Shown: piece after piece, positions 38,722-48,733 of the stretch
Layout: each line of letters begins with the position of its first letter
Position numbering within the stretch: position 1 is the stretch's first letter
DNA from: Bacteroidales bacterium UBA1628
GTDB taxonomy: Bacteria > Bacteroidota > Bacteroidia > Bacteroidales > UBA932
DNA: 64,000 nucleotides
Reading direction: 5' to 3'
NCBI GenBank assembly: GCA_002321335.1
Contig: DCMG01000006.1
Location: 267-64,266 of the forward strand
Notes under the pieces: generated by a model
The model's database searches: none
What the model saw: only the letters and a program-made list of their open reading frames with translations
Told to the model about the DNA's origin: nothing
Program-made: the position numbers and the translations under genes

Positions 38722-38960
38722 CGCGCCAAAAGGTTGTGGACGTCAGAAGCCGCCACCGAAGGCTCGACCTCATATTCCCCGCACAGCCATTCCACCATCT
38801 CCGCCTCGGTGAACTCCCTGCCGCTGAATTTCTCCCACAGCGCCGCCGCCGTCTCGTTCAGGCTGATCACATCCGTCATGTTGGCTTCCCCTTCCGCGAT
38901 CCGCACAATCACAAACCTGCTCCCGATCCTCCGCAGACGCAACGATTGGTTCAGTTTCAT
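38694..38960 (-). CDS. PqqD-family RiPP recognition element (RRE)
   Basis: 88 aa; LRRIG...IV, ISLNETAAALWE and L..EYEVEP..A..DV..LL..W...G. Confidence 0.88.
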   Translation of the reverse strand: MKLNQSLRLRRIGSRFVIVRIAEGEANMTDVISLNETAAALWEKFSGREFTEAEMVEWLCGEYEVEPSVAASDVHNLLARWKEYGMLS

Positions 38961-39061
38961 ATTTGATGGCATGACACCATCGTCTTGATGTATGGTAATA
39001 CTATTCATATCGCTGTATTATGTATTTTTATGATGAATTATCAGAACTATAATGTATCTGT

Positions 39062-39125
39062 AAGAGATTGGGAAAAGTATAGCATGATTCAATATTCAAT
39101 GAAGAGCAGCTGTCTCTATCGGTTG
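39062..39125 (+). repeat. Truncated copy of the promoter-hairpin motif seen at 57803-57950 and 58370-58510
   Basis: GAGATTG...CATGATT...ATGAAGAGCAGCTGTCTCTATCGGTTG. Confidence 0.6.
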
Positions 39126-40240
39126 TCATTTAATAATTCCGAATAAAGCGCGAGGCATCCGGCCAGCATCTTCTCCTTTGTGAAGTACTTTGCGAAACGC
39201 TGGCGTGAGCCGTCACTGTAGCGCTGCCAAGTGGCTTTGTCTTTTGTGATGGATTTGATTGCCTCTGCAATGGCCTTGCTGTCGCATGGCTCGACATTGA
39301 TTCCTGAAACTCCATCCTCGTTGACCCATGAGACTCCAGAAGCCGGAATCTTCGTGGCGATCAGCGGTCTTCCTTCCGACATGGCCTCAATCTGGACTAT
39401 TCCGAAAGCCTCGGTCTTCATTATACTGCTCAGACAGAACAGGTCGCAAGCTCCGTAATATGAGGGCAAATCCTCGTCCGAGACCTTTCCGAGCAACTTG
39501 ACACGCTTGCCAAGACCGAACTCTGATATCTGATTCTCAAGTTCTTCTTTCAGAGGGCCGCCGCCTCCGATAAGGATTATATAACTGTCATCAAGGTACT
39601 TAGCCGCATCGATGAGGTAGCGGTAGCCTTTATATTCAACAAGCCGTCCGAGAGAGAAAATGATCTTCCTTCCGGCATGGTCATTCCTGATGCTTTGCAC
39701 TTTTACGCTGTCGCTCTGGTTAGGTTCTATCCCGATCGGGATGCAGCGCATCTTGTCCTGAACCTTTTGTAGGTAAGGAGATTCCGCAAGGTAAACCGGT
39801 GACGTTCCAACGATGGTGTCCGCCCTTTTGATGAGCCACCTCTGAATCGGCAGGTAGAATTTCAGCAGCGTTTTCTGAGACAGGATGTCGCTGTGCCAGT
39901 GCAGCACTACCTTCCCCTTGAACCCCGACAGCATCAGAGCAACCGCCGCCATTGGGTCCGGATGATGAATGTGAATGATGTCGTACTCCTTTGCCCTGCG
40001 CCTCAGTTCCGTGATCATTGACGGAGCGATGGTCACACGAGCCAAACTGAACCATGATTTACAGCAGACAAGATTGCCATGAGAATTGAGATATATTGTC
40101 TTGAATTCAGACTTGTCACTTGTGGCGCACAGCATGTCGCAATCAATCCCCATCTGAGACAAGCCAGTGGTGATCTCGTACATGACTTTCTCGACACCTC
40201 CGACAAGAGGGTAGAATTTACCAATCTGTAGTATTCTCAT
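39116..40240 (-). CDS. GT4 glycosyltransferase
   Basis: GGVEKV, GRLVEYKG and EAFGIVQIEAM. Confidence 0.92.
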   Translation of the reverse strand: MRILQIGKFYPLVGGVEKVMYEITTGLSQMGIDCDMLCATSDKSEFKTIYLNSHGNLVCCKSWFSLARVTIAPSMITELRRRAKEYDIIHIHHPDPMAAVALMLSGFKGKVVLHWHSDILSQKTLLKFYLPIQRWLIKRADTIVGTSPVYLAESPYLQKVQDKMRCIPIGIEPNQSDSVKVQSIRNDHAGRKIIFSLGRLVEYKGYRYLIDAAKYLDDSYIILIGGGGPLKEELENQISEFGLGKRVKLLGKVSDEDLPSYYGACDLFCLSSIMKTEAFGIVQIEAMSEGRPLIATKIPASGVSWVNEDGVSGINVEPCDSKAIAEAIKSITKDKATWQRYSDGSRQRFAKYFTKEKMLAGCLALYSELLNDNR

Positions 40241-40252
40241 TGTGAAGGTTCT

Positions 40253-42199
40253 TTACCTTTTTATTGAACTTTGGTTTTGATTGTCCAATGCCGAGTATCG
40301 GGAATGATTGCTGATATACTCCGGTACAATGTGCTTCATCATGGTCACCGTTGCCATGTCATCATATTCATGCGATATTTTGACGAGAGATTCAATTTCG
40401 GCGTTAACCTGATTATAATCATACTCACGAACACATGCAATACGTATTTTCTCATTAAAAGATGGCTTGGTGGTCTCTTTTTCATTCAAGACTTCCTCAT
40501 AGAGTTTCTCTCCATCCCGCAATCCAGTATACTCAATTTCCACGCCCCGCGCACCGCTTAATTTGATCATTCTTTCCGCAAGGTCTTTTATCAGTACAGG
40601 CTTTCCCATATCGAACACAAATATCTCCCCGCCGTTTCCCTTGGTTCCAGCTTCAAGAACCAGTTTGCAGGCTTCCGGAATAAGCATGAAATAACGAATC
40701 ATTTTAGGATCGGTCACTGTCACAGGGCCTCCTTCATTGATTTGCTTTTTGAACAAAGGAATCACGCTTCCGTTTGAGCCCAGGACATTGCCAAATCTCG
40801 TGGTGACAAATTGGGTGTGTCCTTCGACCAGATGATCGTTTTCGGCTTTATTCAGACTTTGCACGTAAATTTCGCAGATTCGCTTCGAACATCCCATCAC
40901 ATTGGTAGGATTCACGGCCTTGTCTGTCGAGACCATGACAAATTTCCTTACACCGTATTTGACGGCAAGGTCCGCCAATATTTTTGTTCCCAGAATGTTA
41001 TTCTGCACACTTTCCGAAGGATTGTCTTCCATCATCGGAACGTGCTTATAGGCCGCCGCATGAAAAACAAAATCAGGGCGATACATGCGGAATATATTGT
41101 CCATCCTGTCCTCTTTCGTTATTGAACTTACTATGGTTTCAGCCTTCACATTCGGATAGCCTTTGGCCATCATCAGCCTGATGTCATGCTGCGGAGTCTC
41201 GGCAGAATCTATCAGAATCATTAATTCGGGGGCAAACGACGCCACCTGACGAACAATTTCACTTCCGATGCTTCCTGCAGAACCAGTGATAAGGATTCGT
41301 TGCCCCGTCAACGATTCCGCTATGGATTTCAGGTCCACAGTTATTTCATTTCTAGGCAAAAGATCGGAAATGCTGACTTCTTTAATTGACGGAGTGCCTT
41401 GAATGGTATTGTTATGAGAATCAACCACATTGTTGGCAGACAGGATTTTTATTCCAGCCGCAAGAATATAATCTTGCAATACGGTGTCATCTCTGAAATC
41501 ATCTATTCTGCCAGGGGCTACCAGCACAGTCTGAATGCCCCTTTGTTTGAGTTCTTCAGTCAAGTTTTCGTCAACCTTGAAGATGGGCTCGCCCAAGAGC
41601 CTTGTGTGTTTGGAGCATAGTTCCGGATCGTGTGAGATAAAACCTTTAAGTCTGAATCGCATCGGCTTTTCACTCCTTATGGCTTTAGCCAATCCGATTC
41701 CTCCTGATTTGATGCCGTAGATTACCGTGTTCTGCGCCCCGTCCGTCCTGAAGTAAATGTCGTATACTCTTTTGATGCTGACTCTCATAAGCCACATCAG
41801 GCTTGTGGCCATGAACACAGCCGTGACGATATGCCTGATCTGTATTTGCGCGAATATCCCCCTGCCAACATTGTTGGTCCAGAAATGGACAAGGATAATA
41901 ACTATGGTAGAGCACCCCATCGCATAACCGATCTTAATCAAATCATTGAATGAGGAGTACCGTATAATCCCTGTGTATGTCTTGAATATAAAGAAAAATA
42001 TACAATGGATAGCCAAGAACAGCGCCATCAATCTCATCAACATCCAGAAGTTACGCTGTAGAGCCATCCCCCTGAAATAGCACCAGTACACAAATATACT
42101 TGAGCATAAGATTATGATGCAATCCAGCAGCAGGACGCAGATGTGAGGAAATGTTTGTTTGGCAAAATACCAGTTGACAAAATTTTTAATCGATTTCAT
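40253..42199 (-). CDS. CapD/PglF-like membrane-bound UDP-GlcNAc 4,6-dehydratase
   Basis: N-terminal TMs; TGSAGSIGSE, HAAAYKHVP, STDKAVNPTNVMG and RFGNVLGSNGS. Confidence 0.93.
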   Translation of the reverse strand: MKSIKNFVNWYFAKQTFPHICVLLLDCIIILCSSIFVYWCYFRGMALQRNFWMLMRLMALFLAIHCIFFFIFKTYTGIIRYSSFNDLIKIGYAMGCSTIVIILVHFWTNNVGRGIFAQIQIRHIVTAVFMATSLMWLMRVSIKRVYDIYFRTDGAQNTVIYGIKSGGIGLAKAIRSEKPMRFRLKGFISHDPELCSKHTRLLGEPIFKVDENLTEELKQRGIQTVLVAPGRIDDFRDDTVLQDYILAAGIKILSANNVVDSHNNTIQGTPSIKEVSISDLLPRNEITVDLKSIAESLTGQRILITGSAGSIGSEIVRQVASFAPELMILIDSAETPQHDIRLMMAKGYPNVKAETIVSSITKEDRMDNIFRMYRPDFVFHAAAYKHVPMMEDNPSESVQNNILGTKILADLAVKYGVRKFVMVSTDKAVNPTNVMGCSKRICEIYVQSLNKAENDHLVEGHTQFVTTRFGNVLGSNGSVIPLFKKQINEGGPVTVTDPKMIRYFMLIPEACKLVLEAGTKGNGGEIFVFDMGKPVLIKDLAERMIKLSGARGVEIEYTGLRDGEKLYEEVLNEKETTKPSFNEKIRIACVREYDYNQVNAEIESLVKISHEYDDMATVTMMKHIVPEYISNHSRYSALDNQNQSSIKR

Positions 42200-42213
42200 A
42201 ACAGGCCGTCAGA

Positions 42214-43191
42214 TTAGTTTTTTAAGGTCTTAAGATATTCCACGTGGAGGTGATAATATTTTTTCATGAACAATATATATGCGGATGCCAGAATCAGAAG
42301 AATAACAGCCGAGTACAAGACGTGATTTACAGGAAGGAATATCAAACCTATGGAAATTGCAAGTTGAATCGACACGTATATCAGAGACACAAGAATATGC
42401 GGAAGCCCTAATTCGTTGGCCATGAGTTGGTAGGCATGTTTTCGATGTGCCGTTCCCAAATTCTCGCGCAGCATCAGCCTATGGCATATTGTAAGGACGG
42501 TGTCAACTCCATAGACTGCGAGAAGCATGATGTATGTGAAATCCTGTGTCTTTACAACCAGCATCATCAATGCAAACACAACGATAAAAGCCATACTGAC
42601 CGCACCTACATCCCCTGCGAAGCATTTCGCGTGTTTTCTGAAATTAAACAAGCAGAAAATCAAAACGCTTAAAGTTGTTATGGCTAGCATCGGCATGTTG
42701 ATGAAAGTTTGCCTTGCGTTTATCAATATCAATGGCAGCAGCACGGCTAATGAATAGCCGCCGGTGATTCCATTTATACCATCCATGAAATTGTAGGCGT
42801 TCAGAATCCCGACACACAGAATCAATGCGGGAATGATTACCCACCAGACTTCCAACTTTAATATTCCGGCCTGATAGAACATCATAAAGATTGAAAGGAA
42901 TTGAAAGACCAAACGGAAGCCATCCGGCAAAGGATGAATGTCATCCATAAAACTTATCATGGCTATTATCGTCAACCCTACTATGAACCAAGGGTAGATG
43001 AAGCCTGATGCCGCAGCCCAAATCCAGATGCCGACGAGGAATATTATACCGCCCCCTCTCAGAGTGATCCGGGCATGAGAACTTCTGCTGTTAGGTTTGT
43101 CAACTATGTTATAGTGTTTTGCGATACGGAAATATACGATTTCAATAAAGAAAAGCAGTATCGCTATTAATAAATAAGAAAATATTGTCAT
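42214..43191 (-). CDS. MraY/WecA-family initiating phosphoglycosyltransferase
   Basis: DKPNSRSSH, RGGG, NFMDGINGIT and FAGDVG. Confidence 0.92.
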   Translation of the reverse strand: MTIFSYLLIAILLFFIEIVYFRIAKHYNIVDKPNSRSSHARITLRGGGIIFLVGIWIWAAASGFIYPWFIVGLTIIAMISFMDDIHPLPDGFRLVFQFLSIFMMFYQAGILKLEVWWVIIPALILCVGILNAYNFMDGINGITGGYSLAVLLPLILINARQTFINMPMLAITTLSVLIFCLFNFRKHAKCFAGDVGAVSMAFIVVFALMMLVVKTQDFTYIMLLAVYGVDTVLTICHRLMLRENLGTAHRKHAYQLMANELGLPHILVSLIYVSIQLAISIGLIFLPVNHVLYSAVILLILASAYILFMKKYYHLHVEYLKTLKN

Positions 43192-43201
43192 TCCGCCGGT
43201 A

Positions 43202-44101
43202 TTAAATGATGTAATTCTCTAGAACATTTGTGGGTGTCCATCCAAGCGTTTTTTTCGCCTGTTCATTGCTGAAAGTCAATGATTTTGTAATTTTGTCAAG
43301 TTTGAGTGAATTGATAGGGGCAAACCTGCCCAGACAATCACCGGCCAAAGCACAGCATTTCGCGAACCAGTATGGAATTGATACAGGCATGCTTTTTCCG
43401 ACCTGTCTTGCTATGATGCTTTCCAGTTGTCTGAATGTCGGCTGAGTGTCATCACAAACATTATATATTCCACCTTTGTCAGCCGACAGCGACACAAGTC
43501 TGGCTATGTCTTGCACCATCAGGACACTTTTCTTGGCACGACCTCCGGCAATACTCAAATATCTGCCGGATCTGATACCTCTGACCATGGCTCCGAGATT
43601 GCCTGGCGCATCAGGCCCGGCTATAAGCGACGGCCTTAAGATCGTCAGAATGACGTTGTGTCTGGCGCACCAGTCACACAAGTACTTCTCTGCCATTATT
43701 TTGCTTTTGGCATAGGGTGTCTTTCCATTTAGAGGCTCGTTCTCCGAGATGTTCTCGCCATAGTCCAACCCATAAACAGCCACAGTGCTGATGAATATAA
43801 AAGCCTTTGGAGTCCCGAAACTTTCCAAGGCGGAACAAAGGTTGACAGTACCAGTGTAGTTCACATCATAGAATTCCTTTGCTTCCAACTCTGTTCTTGG
43901 TATTGAATGCGCTTTCCCTGCCGCATGCAGAACAACATCGAACCGTGATGTTAAATGTGGGACATCTTTTGCCAGGTTTACTTTTATGTCATTTCTGTCA
44001 GAAGCTCCCAAAGTTGTCACTTCATATGATTCCACGAGGAGTGGCTTGATATTCTTCCCTAAAAAGCCAGTCGCTCCTGTAAAAAGCAATCGTTTTTTCA
44101 T
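43202..44101 (-). CDS. NAD-dependent sugar epimerase/reductase
   Basis: TGATGFLG and YAKSK. Confidence 0.9.
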   Translation of the reverse strand: MKKRLLFTGATGFLGKNIKPLLVESYEVTTLGASDRNDIKVNLAKDVPHLTSRFDVVLHAAGKAHSIPRTELEAKEFYDVNYTGTVNLCSALESFGTPKAFIFISTVAVYGLDYGENISENEPLNGKTPYAKSKIMAEKYLCDWCARHNVILTILRPSLIAGPDAPGNLGAMVRGIRSGRYLSIAGGRAKKSVLMVQDIARLVSLSADKGGIYNVCDDTQPTFRQLESIIARQVGKSMPVSIPYWFAKCCALAGDCLGRFAPINSLKLDKITKSLTFSNEQAKKTLGWTPTNVLENYII

Positions 44102-44145
44102 TCTTGGAATTTATTTGGGTAGTGCTTGTGATACAGCCTTGAAAA

Positions 44146-45381
44146 TCAAGCCTTCAAGCACTCCTCGTAAAGCCTGATGTAGTCCGCGTAACGGTCCTCC
44201 TTGCGGAAGTGTGCGAGGGCATATTCACGGCAAGGGGATTGGTAGCGGGGCTTGCCGTTGGATTCGATGAGCGAGATCGCCCGCCGCAGCGCGCCGAGGC
44301 CGCCTTGTGGAACGACAATGCCGGTGTCCGGGGTGATGGACTCGATGCTGCCTCCGGTGTTGTAAGTAATCACCGGCGTGCCGCATGAAATCGCCTCCAG
44401 ATTGACGGTAGGGTAGTTGTCCTGCCATGTCGGGTTCACGAACACCTCCGCCGCCGAATACAGCTCCGCCAGCTGCCGCACATTCTCCGTCCTCGCAATC
44501 GGAATGATTCCTTCAGGCAGTCCCTTCGCCTGATCCGGCTTGACACCCACCATTACAATCACCTCGTCATCCTTGAGTTGCCTTGAAAGAGCGATGAAAT
44601 CCTCCCAACCTTTCTCCTTGCACCAGATGCTCGCAAGCCCCAGAATGATCTTCCTGCCGCCGATGCCATATTTCTCCCGAACCTCGCAGTCAGATGCGGA
44701 AGGTGTGAATATGCTTGTGTCGATTCCATTGTGAATCACCTTGAACCGGTAGTCTTTGAGGAACGACTCCCGCATCTCGTTCCTGATCCATTCGGAGACA
44801 GGCACGATTGTCAGCAAGTCTTTCGGCATTGAGCAGAACGCCTGTGCTTTGTCCCTGAAGTTCCGTGCCGACCTGTCGAAGATCAGGCTGGCCGGGAACT
44901 GCCGTTTCTGCGGACAATGACCGCAGCCGGTTTTCCAACGGTCGCAACCGACGGCGGTGTAATAGTAACAATGTCCAGTGTACAGCCAACAGTCGTGAAT
45001 GGTCCATATCACCGGCTTCCCAGCCTTGCTGAGATAATCGAACAGAATCCTGTAGTTCAGAAAGTACCCGTGGATGTTGTGTATGTGTATGATGTTTGGG
45101 TCTATCTCCTCAATCTTCTTGATGAAAGCCTTGGTAGCCCAGTTGGATGCAAGTCCGTGTCTGTCAAGCAGCCTCGTCTCCAACCCGTGCACCGCCACGC
45201 TGAAACGATTGCCCACAGGGACAGTCTTAGAAGTACTTTCCCGCAGACCGTCACGTCCTTTGCTGTAAGCCACATAGCTTTCCCACCCGGCAGACATCGC
45301 CAGTTCTCCAATCTCCTGCATAATCCTCCCCGTCGAGGTGTTCATCCTCAGCACCGGATTTATCTGTAACAACTTCGGCAT
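44146..45381 (-). CDS. GT4 glycosyltransferase
   Basis: STGRI, HIHNIHG, WTIHDCW.YTGHC and DNYPTVNLEA. Confidence 0.9.
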   Translation of the reverse strand: MPKLLQINPVLRMNTSTGRIMQEIGELAMSAGWESYVAYSKGRDGLRESTSKTVPVGNRFSVAVHGLETRLLDRHGLASNWATKAFIKKIEEIDPNIIHIHNIHGYFLNYRILFDYLSKAGKPVIWTIHDCWLYTGHCYYYTAVGCDRWKTGCGHCPQKRQFPASLIFDRSARNFRDKAQAFCSMPKDLLTIVPVSEWIRNEMRESFLKDYRFKVIHNGIDTSIFTPSASDCEVREKYGIGGRKIILGLASIWCKEKGWEDFIALSRQLKDDEVIVMVGVKPDQAKGLPEGIIPIARTENVRQLAELYSAAEVFVNPTWQDNYPTVNLEAISCGTPVITYNTGGSIESITPDTGIVVPQGGLGALRRAISLIESNGKPRYQSPCREYALAHFRKEDRYADYIRLYEECLKA

Positions 45382-45388
45382 TGTCGTT

Positions 45389-46534
45389 TTATTCTTTGGT
45401 TAGTTTTCCGAACAACTTGAGCCACCTGCCCATCACGGATTCTTCTGAATATTTCTCCTTGATCCTCAAGGCTTCTGTCCCCATCCTGCGGCGAAGTGAT
45501 TCATCGGACATCAGCCTTTTCATCGCTTCCGCAAGAGCAGGAACGTCACCTTCGGGAACCAACAAGCCATTCTTGCCATCATCTATGATGTCCTTGGGGC
45601 CGCACTTGCAATCGAAAGCAATAGCCGGAACTCCATGTAGCATTGCCTCGACCAGCACCATCCCGAAACCTTCAAAATGAGATGTCATTACTATTAATGA
45701 ACTATGGCTGTATTCTTCTCCGATTCTATTGGTTGGTTGATTAATATGGGTACAGTTAGTCAATCCTTTCTCCCCGATCATCCTTTCAAGCATCTCCTTC
45801 CACTCTCCTTGACCGAATATATCCAATCGCCAGTCGGAATATTCAGAATCCTTTTTTACAATGTTCCAAGCCTCAATCAGCCGATCGAACCCTTTCTGAT
45901 AATCAAGTCTACCCACGGCGATGACTCTATGTACCAAGCAATGGGATTGGAAGTTATCCGTTGTGACGGCAGCATTGGGTATCACTTCTATGTTAGACAA
46001 TTCACCCCAATATCCTTTATCCTCTTCCGTCAACACAACGAAAGAATCGAACTTCCGCACAATCTTCTCATCCTGTTTGGTACGCAGTCTGTCGGCCAAT
46101 CCAAGAAGCCCGTGTCGTCCATACTGGAGCCTAAAACATTTGTTGAAATGAAGTTCAAGCACTTTCTTGCTACCATCCTTTATCTTCGGAATAAACGATG
46201 ACTCCGAAGGATAGAGCGAATCCACGATGTCCGGCCGCTCCTTGAGCAACAGCTCCGTCAGAGCCTTCCTGTGCTTCCTCCTTCGCCGAAGATATCCAAT
46301 CGTCTTGAGAATCGGATTCTTCCCATTGTCATCCGTATAGTTGATCCCAAGATCAATGATCCGAACCCCCTCTGGAAACGGATAGAATGTCGGCTTCCCG
46401 TGCTGGTCCGTAGTCACCACCGCCACATCCCATCCCATCCTCTCCTTGAGGTACCGAACCTTATTCAGCAGCACCCTCTCCATCCCACCGGGATTGTATA
46501 GGGAACACATGCAGTAGATTAATTTACGAGGCAT
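45389..46534 (-). CDS. GT4 glycosyltransferase
   Basis: GGMERV, GRLDYQKG and EGFGMVLVEAM. Confidence 0.92.
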   Translation of the reverse strand: MPRKLIYCMCSLYNPGGMERVLLNKVRYLKERMGWDVAVVTTDQHGKPTFYPFPEGVRIIDLGINYTDDNGKNPILKTIGYLRRRRKHRKALTELLLKERPDIVDSLYPSESSFIPKIKDGSKKVLELHFNKCFRLQYGRHGLLGLADRLRTKQDEKIVRKFDSFVVLTEEDKGYWGELSNIEVIPNAAVTTDNFQSHCLVHRVIAVGRLDYQKGFDRLIEAWNIVKKDSEYSDWRLDIFGQGEWKEMLERMIGEKGLTNCTHINQPTNRIGEEYSHSSLIVMTSHFEGFGMVLVEAMLHGVPAIAFDCKCGPKDIIDDGKNGLLVPEGDVPALAEAMKRLMSDESLRRRMGTEALRIKEKYSEESVMGRWLKLFGKLTKE

Positions 46535-47778
46535 CGCTCAGAGTTTTTCTGAAATATCAGTGGATAATAGAATGCAAATATCAAGAAGATGTCTGTTGAC
46601 ACTTTAATCCAGATGGCAAACTGTAGTATAAGCAGAAAGACAAACAGATACGAATATTCCGGAAATCTTTTTCTGAAGAATGTGGACAAATAAATGAATA
46701 GGCAGCCAAACATTGTCAGTCCAATAATTCCACAATAAAAAATCAGTCTGGCATATCCTACATCAGTTCCCATATAATAAAGGCGCGGATTGTCTGGATT
46801 TGAAAAATATCCATCTCCTATTATCCATGTTTTGATGTTATCGGGCCATACACTCCACATTCCCTGAAGAATATCACTAGAGTGTGTTTTCCATTTACCT
46901 GTCTGAACGTAGTTGATAAATCCCTCAAATCCAAAATCGCAGAGTTCCCTAAATGAAAGTGAGTTATTATATAACATAATAACTATGGGGACAAGTAAAA
47001 TGATTATGACAGCCGAATTTCGGAGAATGTTGGCAATTCCCTTGGAAGAATAGCCTTTCCAAAACTTTGATTTATATACAAATAAAGCAATTGCAATCAG
47101 AGCCCCTACCGTTGTAGTCCTTGACAGCATGTTGCCAATTATGAAGATGATGAAAAATGAGATTAAATACGCTATGATATATTTGTTGTTGAGCGCATTA
47201 TCAATCATCATCGCGGCACATATTATTAATGCCGCACTGAAACGAATGCCAGCAGGGTCAAATGATATTCCGACTCCGATCAAGCGATGCTCATAACTAA
47301 GTTGTTCTGCAAGAACAATATATTGACGTATGAAATGATTAATTGAAGGGAATACGTCTACAAGCATGGCTATGATGCATTGAGCCACACACAAGGCAAT
47401 AATATAATTAGAAATCAATCCGATAGAAGAATAGCCATGCGCTTTTTTTATGAACCTGAAGGACGTGTATGCGGCACTTGACCACACAAGCATGGAGACT
47501 ACATAAGTTGAGTAGGTATATTCACTGGTGTTGTTCAATGTAGTCGAGGCATAGCAAATCAATGAGAATAAGCTTGAAATCACCAAAATAATAAGGAAAG
47601 ATCTATCCGTAACGTTTTTATTCTTTCCGCTCAACAAGTCATAAACCATTATCATCAACCCAATAACCGCCATCATTATTTTGCTGTTGATGGATTGAGG
47701 CAGAAATGTGAAGGTGATAGGGAAGAAAAACATCCAGGACACAACGAATGCCACGATTATTTTAAGGATCCGACCCAT
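46519..47778 (-). CDS. Wzy-like polysaccharide polymerase
   Basis: Many TM helices; SRT, IIGDG and TDVGY..LIFY.GIIG; AT-rich. Confidence 0.75.
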   Translation of the reverse strand: MGRILKIIVAFVVSWMFFFPITFTFLPQSINSKIMMAVIGLMIMVYDLLSGKNKNVTDRSFLIILVISSLFSLICYASTTLNNTSEYTYSTYVVSMLVWSSAAYTSFRFIKKAHGYSSIGLISNYIIALCVAQCIIAMLVDVFPSINHFIRQYIVLAEQLSYEHRLIGVGISFDPAGIRFSAALIICAAMMIDNALNNKYIIAYLISFFIIFIIGNMLSRTTTVGALIAIALFVYKSKFWKGYSSKGIANILRNSAVIIILLVPIVIMLYNNSLSFRELCDFGFEGFINYVQTGKWKTHSSDILQGMWSVWPDNIKTWIIGDGYFSNPDNPRLYYMGTDVGYARLIFYCGIIGLTMFGCLFIYLSTFFRKRFPEYSYLFVFLLILQFAIWIKVSTDIFLIFAFYYPLIFQKNSERCLVN

Positions 47779-47782
47779 AGAG

Positions 47783-48730
47783 CTATATTGTAGCGTATTC
47801 TTTATTTCTTCTTCTTAAGATAGAATATGTTATCGCATTGCTAGCCATAACAATTTTAAGGTAATCACGGGCAATCTTGGATTTGACCGCCAAAATGCTT
47901 TTTAATGAAAAAGCTCTGTCGTTGAACTTAATTCCGTGTGAATATAGATTCCTGTAATAGATGTCTTGTAAGTCGGTTTCAGAATATTCGTTCTCTCTAT
48001 GATATTTTTTCACCATGTCGCAGCGAACATTCTGGGCATTCTGTTCAAACAATACTTGTTTCTCAAGAGTCGGAAAGGTGCTTAGTGAATCTGAGTTTTG
48101 AACGTATGTGACAGTGTAGTCTTCCAAACCTTTGAATTTCCCATAATTGATCATTTCAAGCCATGCTGGGTAATCTTCCATAAGGTAGCCTTTCTTGATG
48201 TAGTCGTCAATGGAAATCACGGTGAGCATACTCTTTCTGAAACAAGCTGTCGGAGCGGAGATGAAATCAACTATCAGCAATGCCCCGAACATGTTTTTAT
48301 GAGGATGGTTGACAACAGGCAGTTTACAACAACTTCCCATTTTTGTGTTATGCCGGATTATTGCCGTGTAGCACATGACATAATCCGGATTGTTGTCCAT
48401 GAACTCGACCTGAATCCTGATTTTGTCCGGATTATGCCACCAGTCATCTCCGGCGCAAGCCATAATATATTCGCCTTTACATTCCGCAAGACAGTCTCTC
48501 CAGTTGCGCATCATCCCTTTGTTCGGTGCGGCGGGCATAAGCTTGATGATGTCCGGATGTTTTTCCGCATAATCCTCGCAGACCGCCCTTGTCCCATCTT
48601 TTGATCCGTCCTCACCAAGAATTATCTCGTAGGAGTAATCTCCCTTTTGAGCAAGGATTGAGTCAAGGGTGCGGGCGATTGTCTTTTCTTGATTGTAGGT
48701 ACAGACTACAACCGAAACTTTAGGCTGCAT
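47783..48730 (-). CDS. GT2 glycosyltransferase
   Basis: VSVVVCTYN, EDGSKDGT and GDD. Confidence 0.92.
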   Translation of the reverse strand: MQPKVSVVVCTYNQEKTIARTLDSILAQKGDYSYEIILGEDGSKDGTRAVCEDYAEKHPDIIKLMPAAPNKGMMRNWRDCLAECKGEYIMACAGDDWWHNPDKIRIQVEFMDNNPDYVMCYTAIIRHNTKMGSCCKLPVVNHPHKNMFGALLIVDFISAPTACFRKSMLTVISIDDYIKKGYLMEDYPAWLEMINYGKFKGLEDYTVTYVQNSDSLSTFPTLEKQVLFEQNAQNVRCDMVKKYHRENEYSETDLQDIYYRNLYSHGIKFNDRAFSLKSILAVKSKIARDYLKIVMASNAITYSILRRRNKEYATI

Positions 48731-48733
48731 ACT

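Noticed and set aside
29322..38960. Canonical lasso peptide cluster
   Set aside because: No lasso cyclase or transglutaminase-like B2 peptidase in the window
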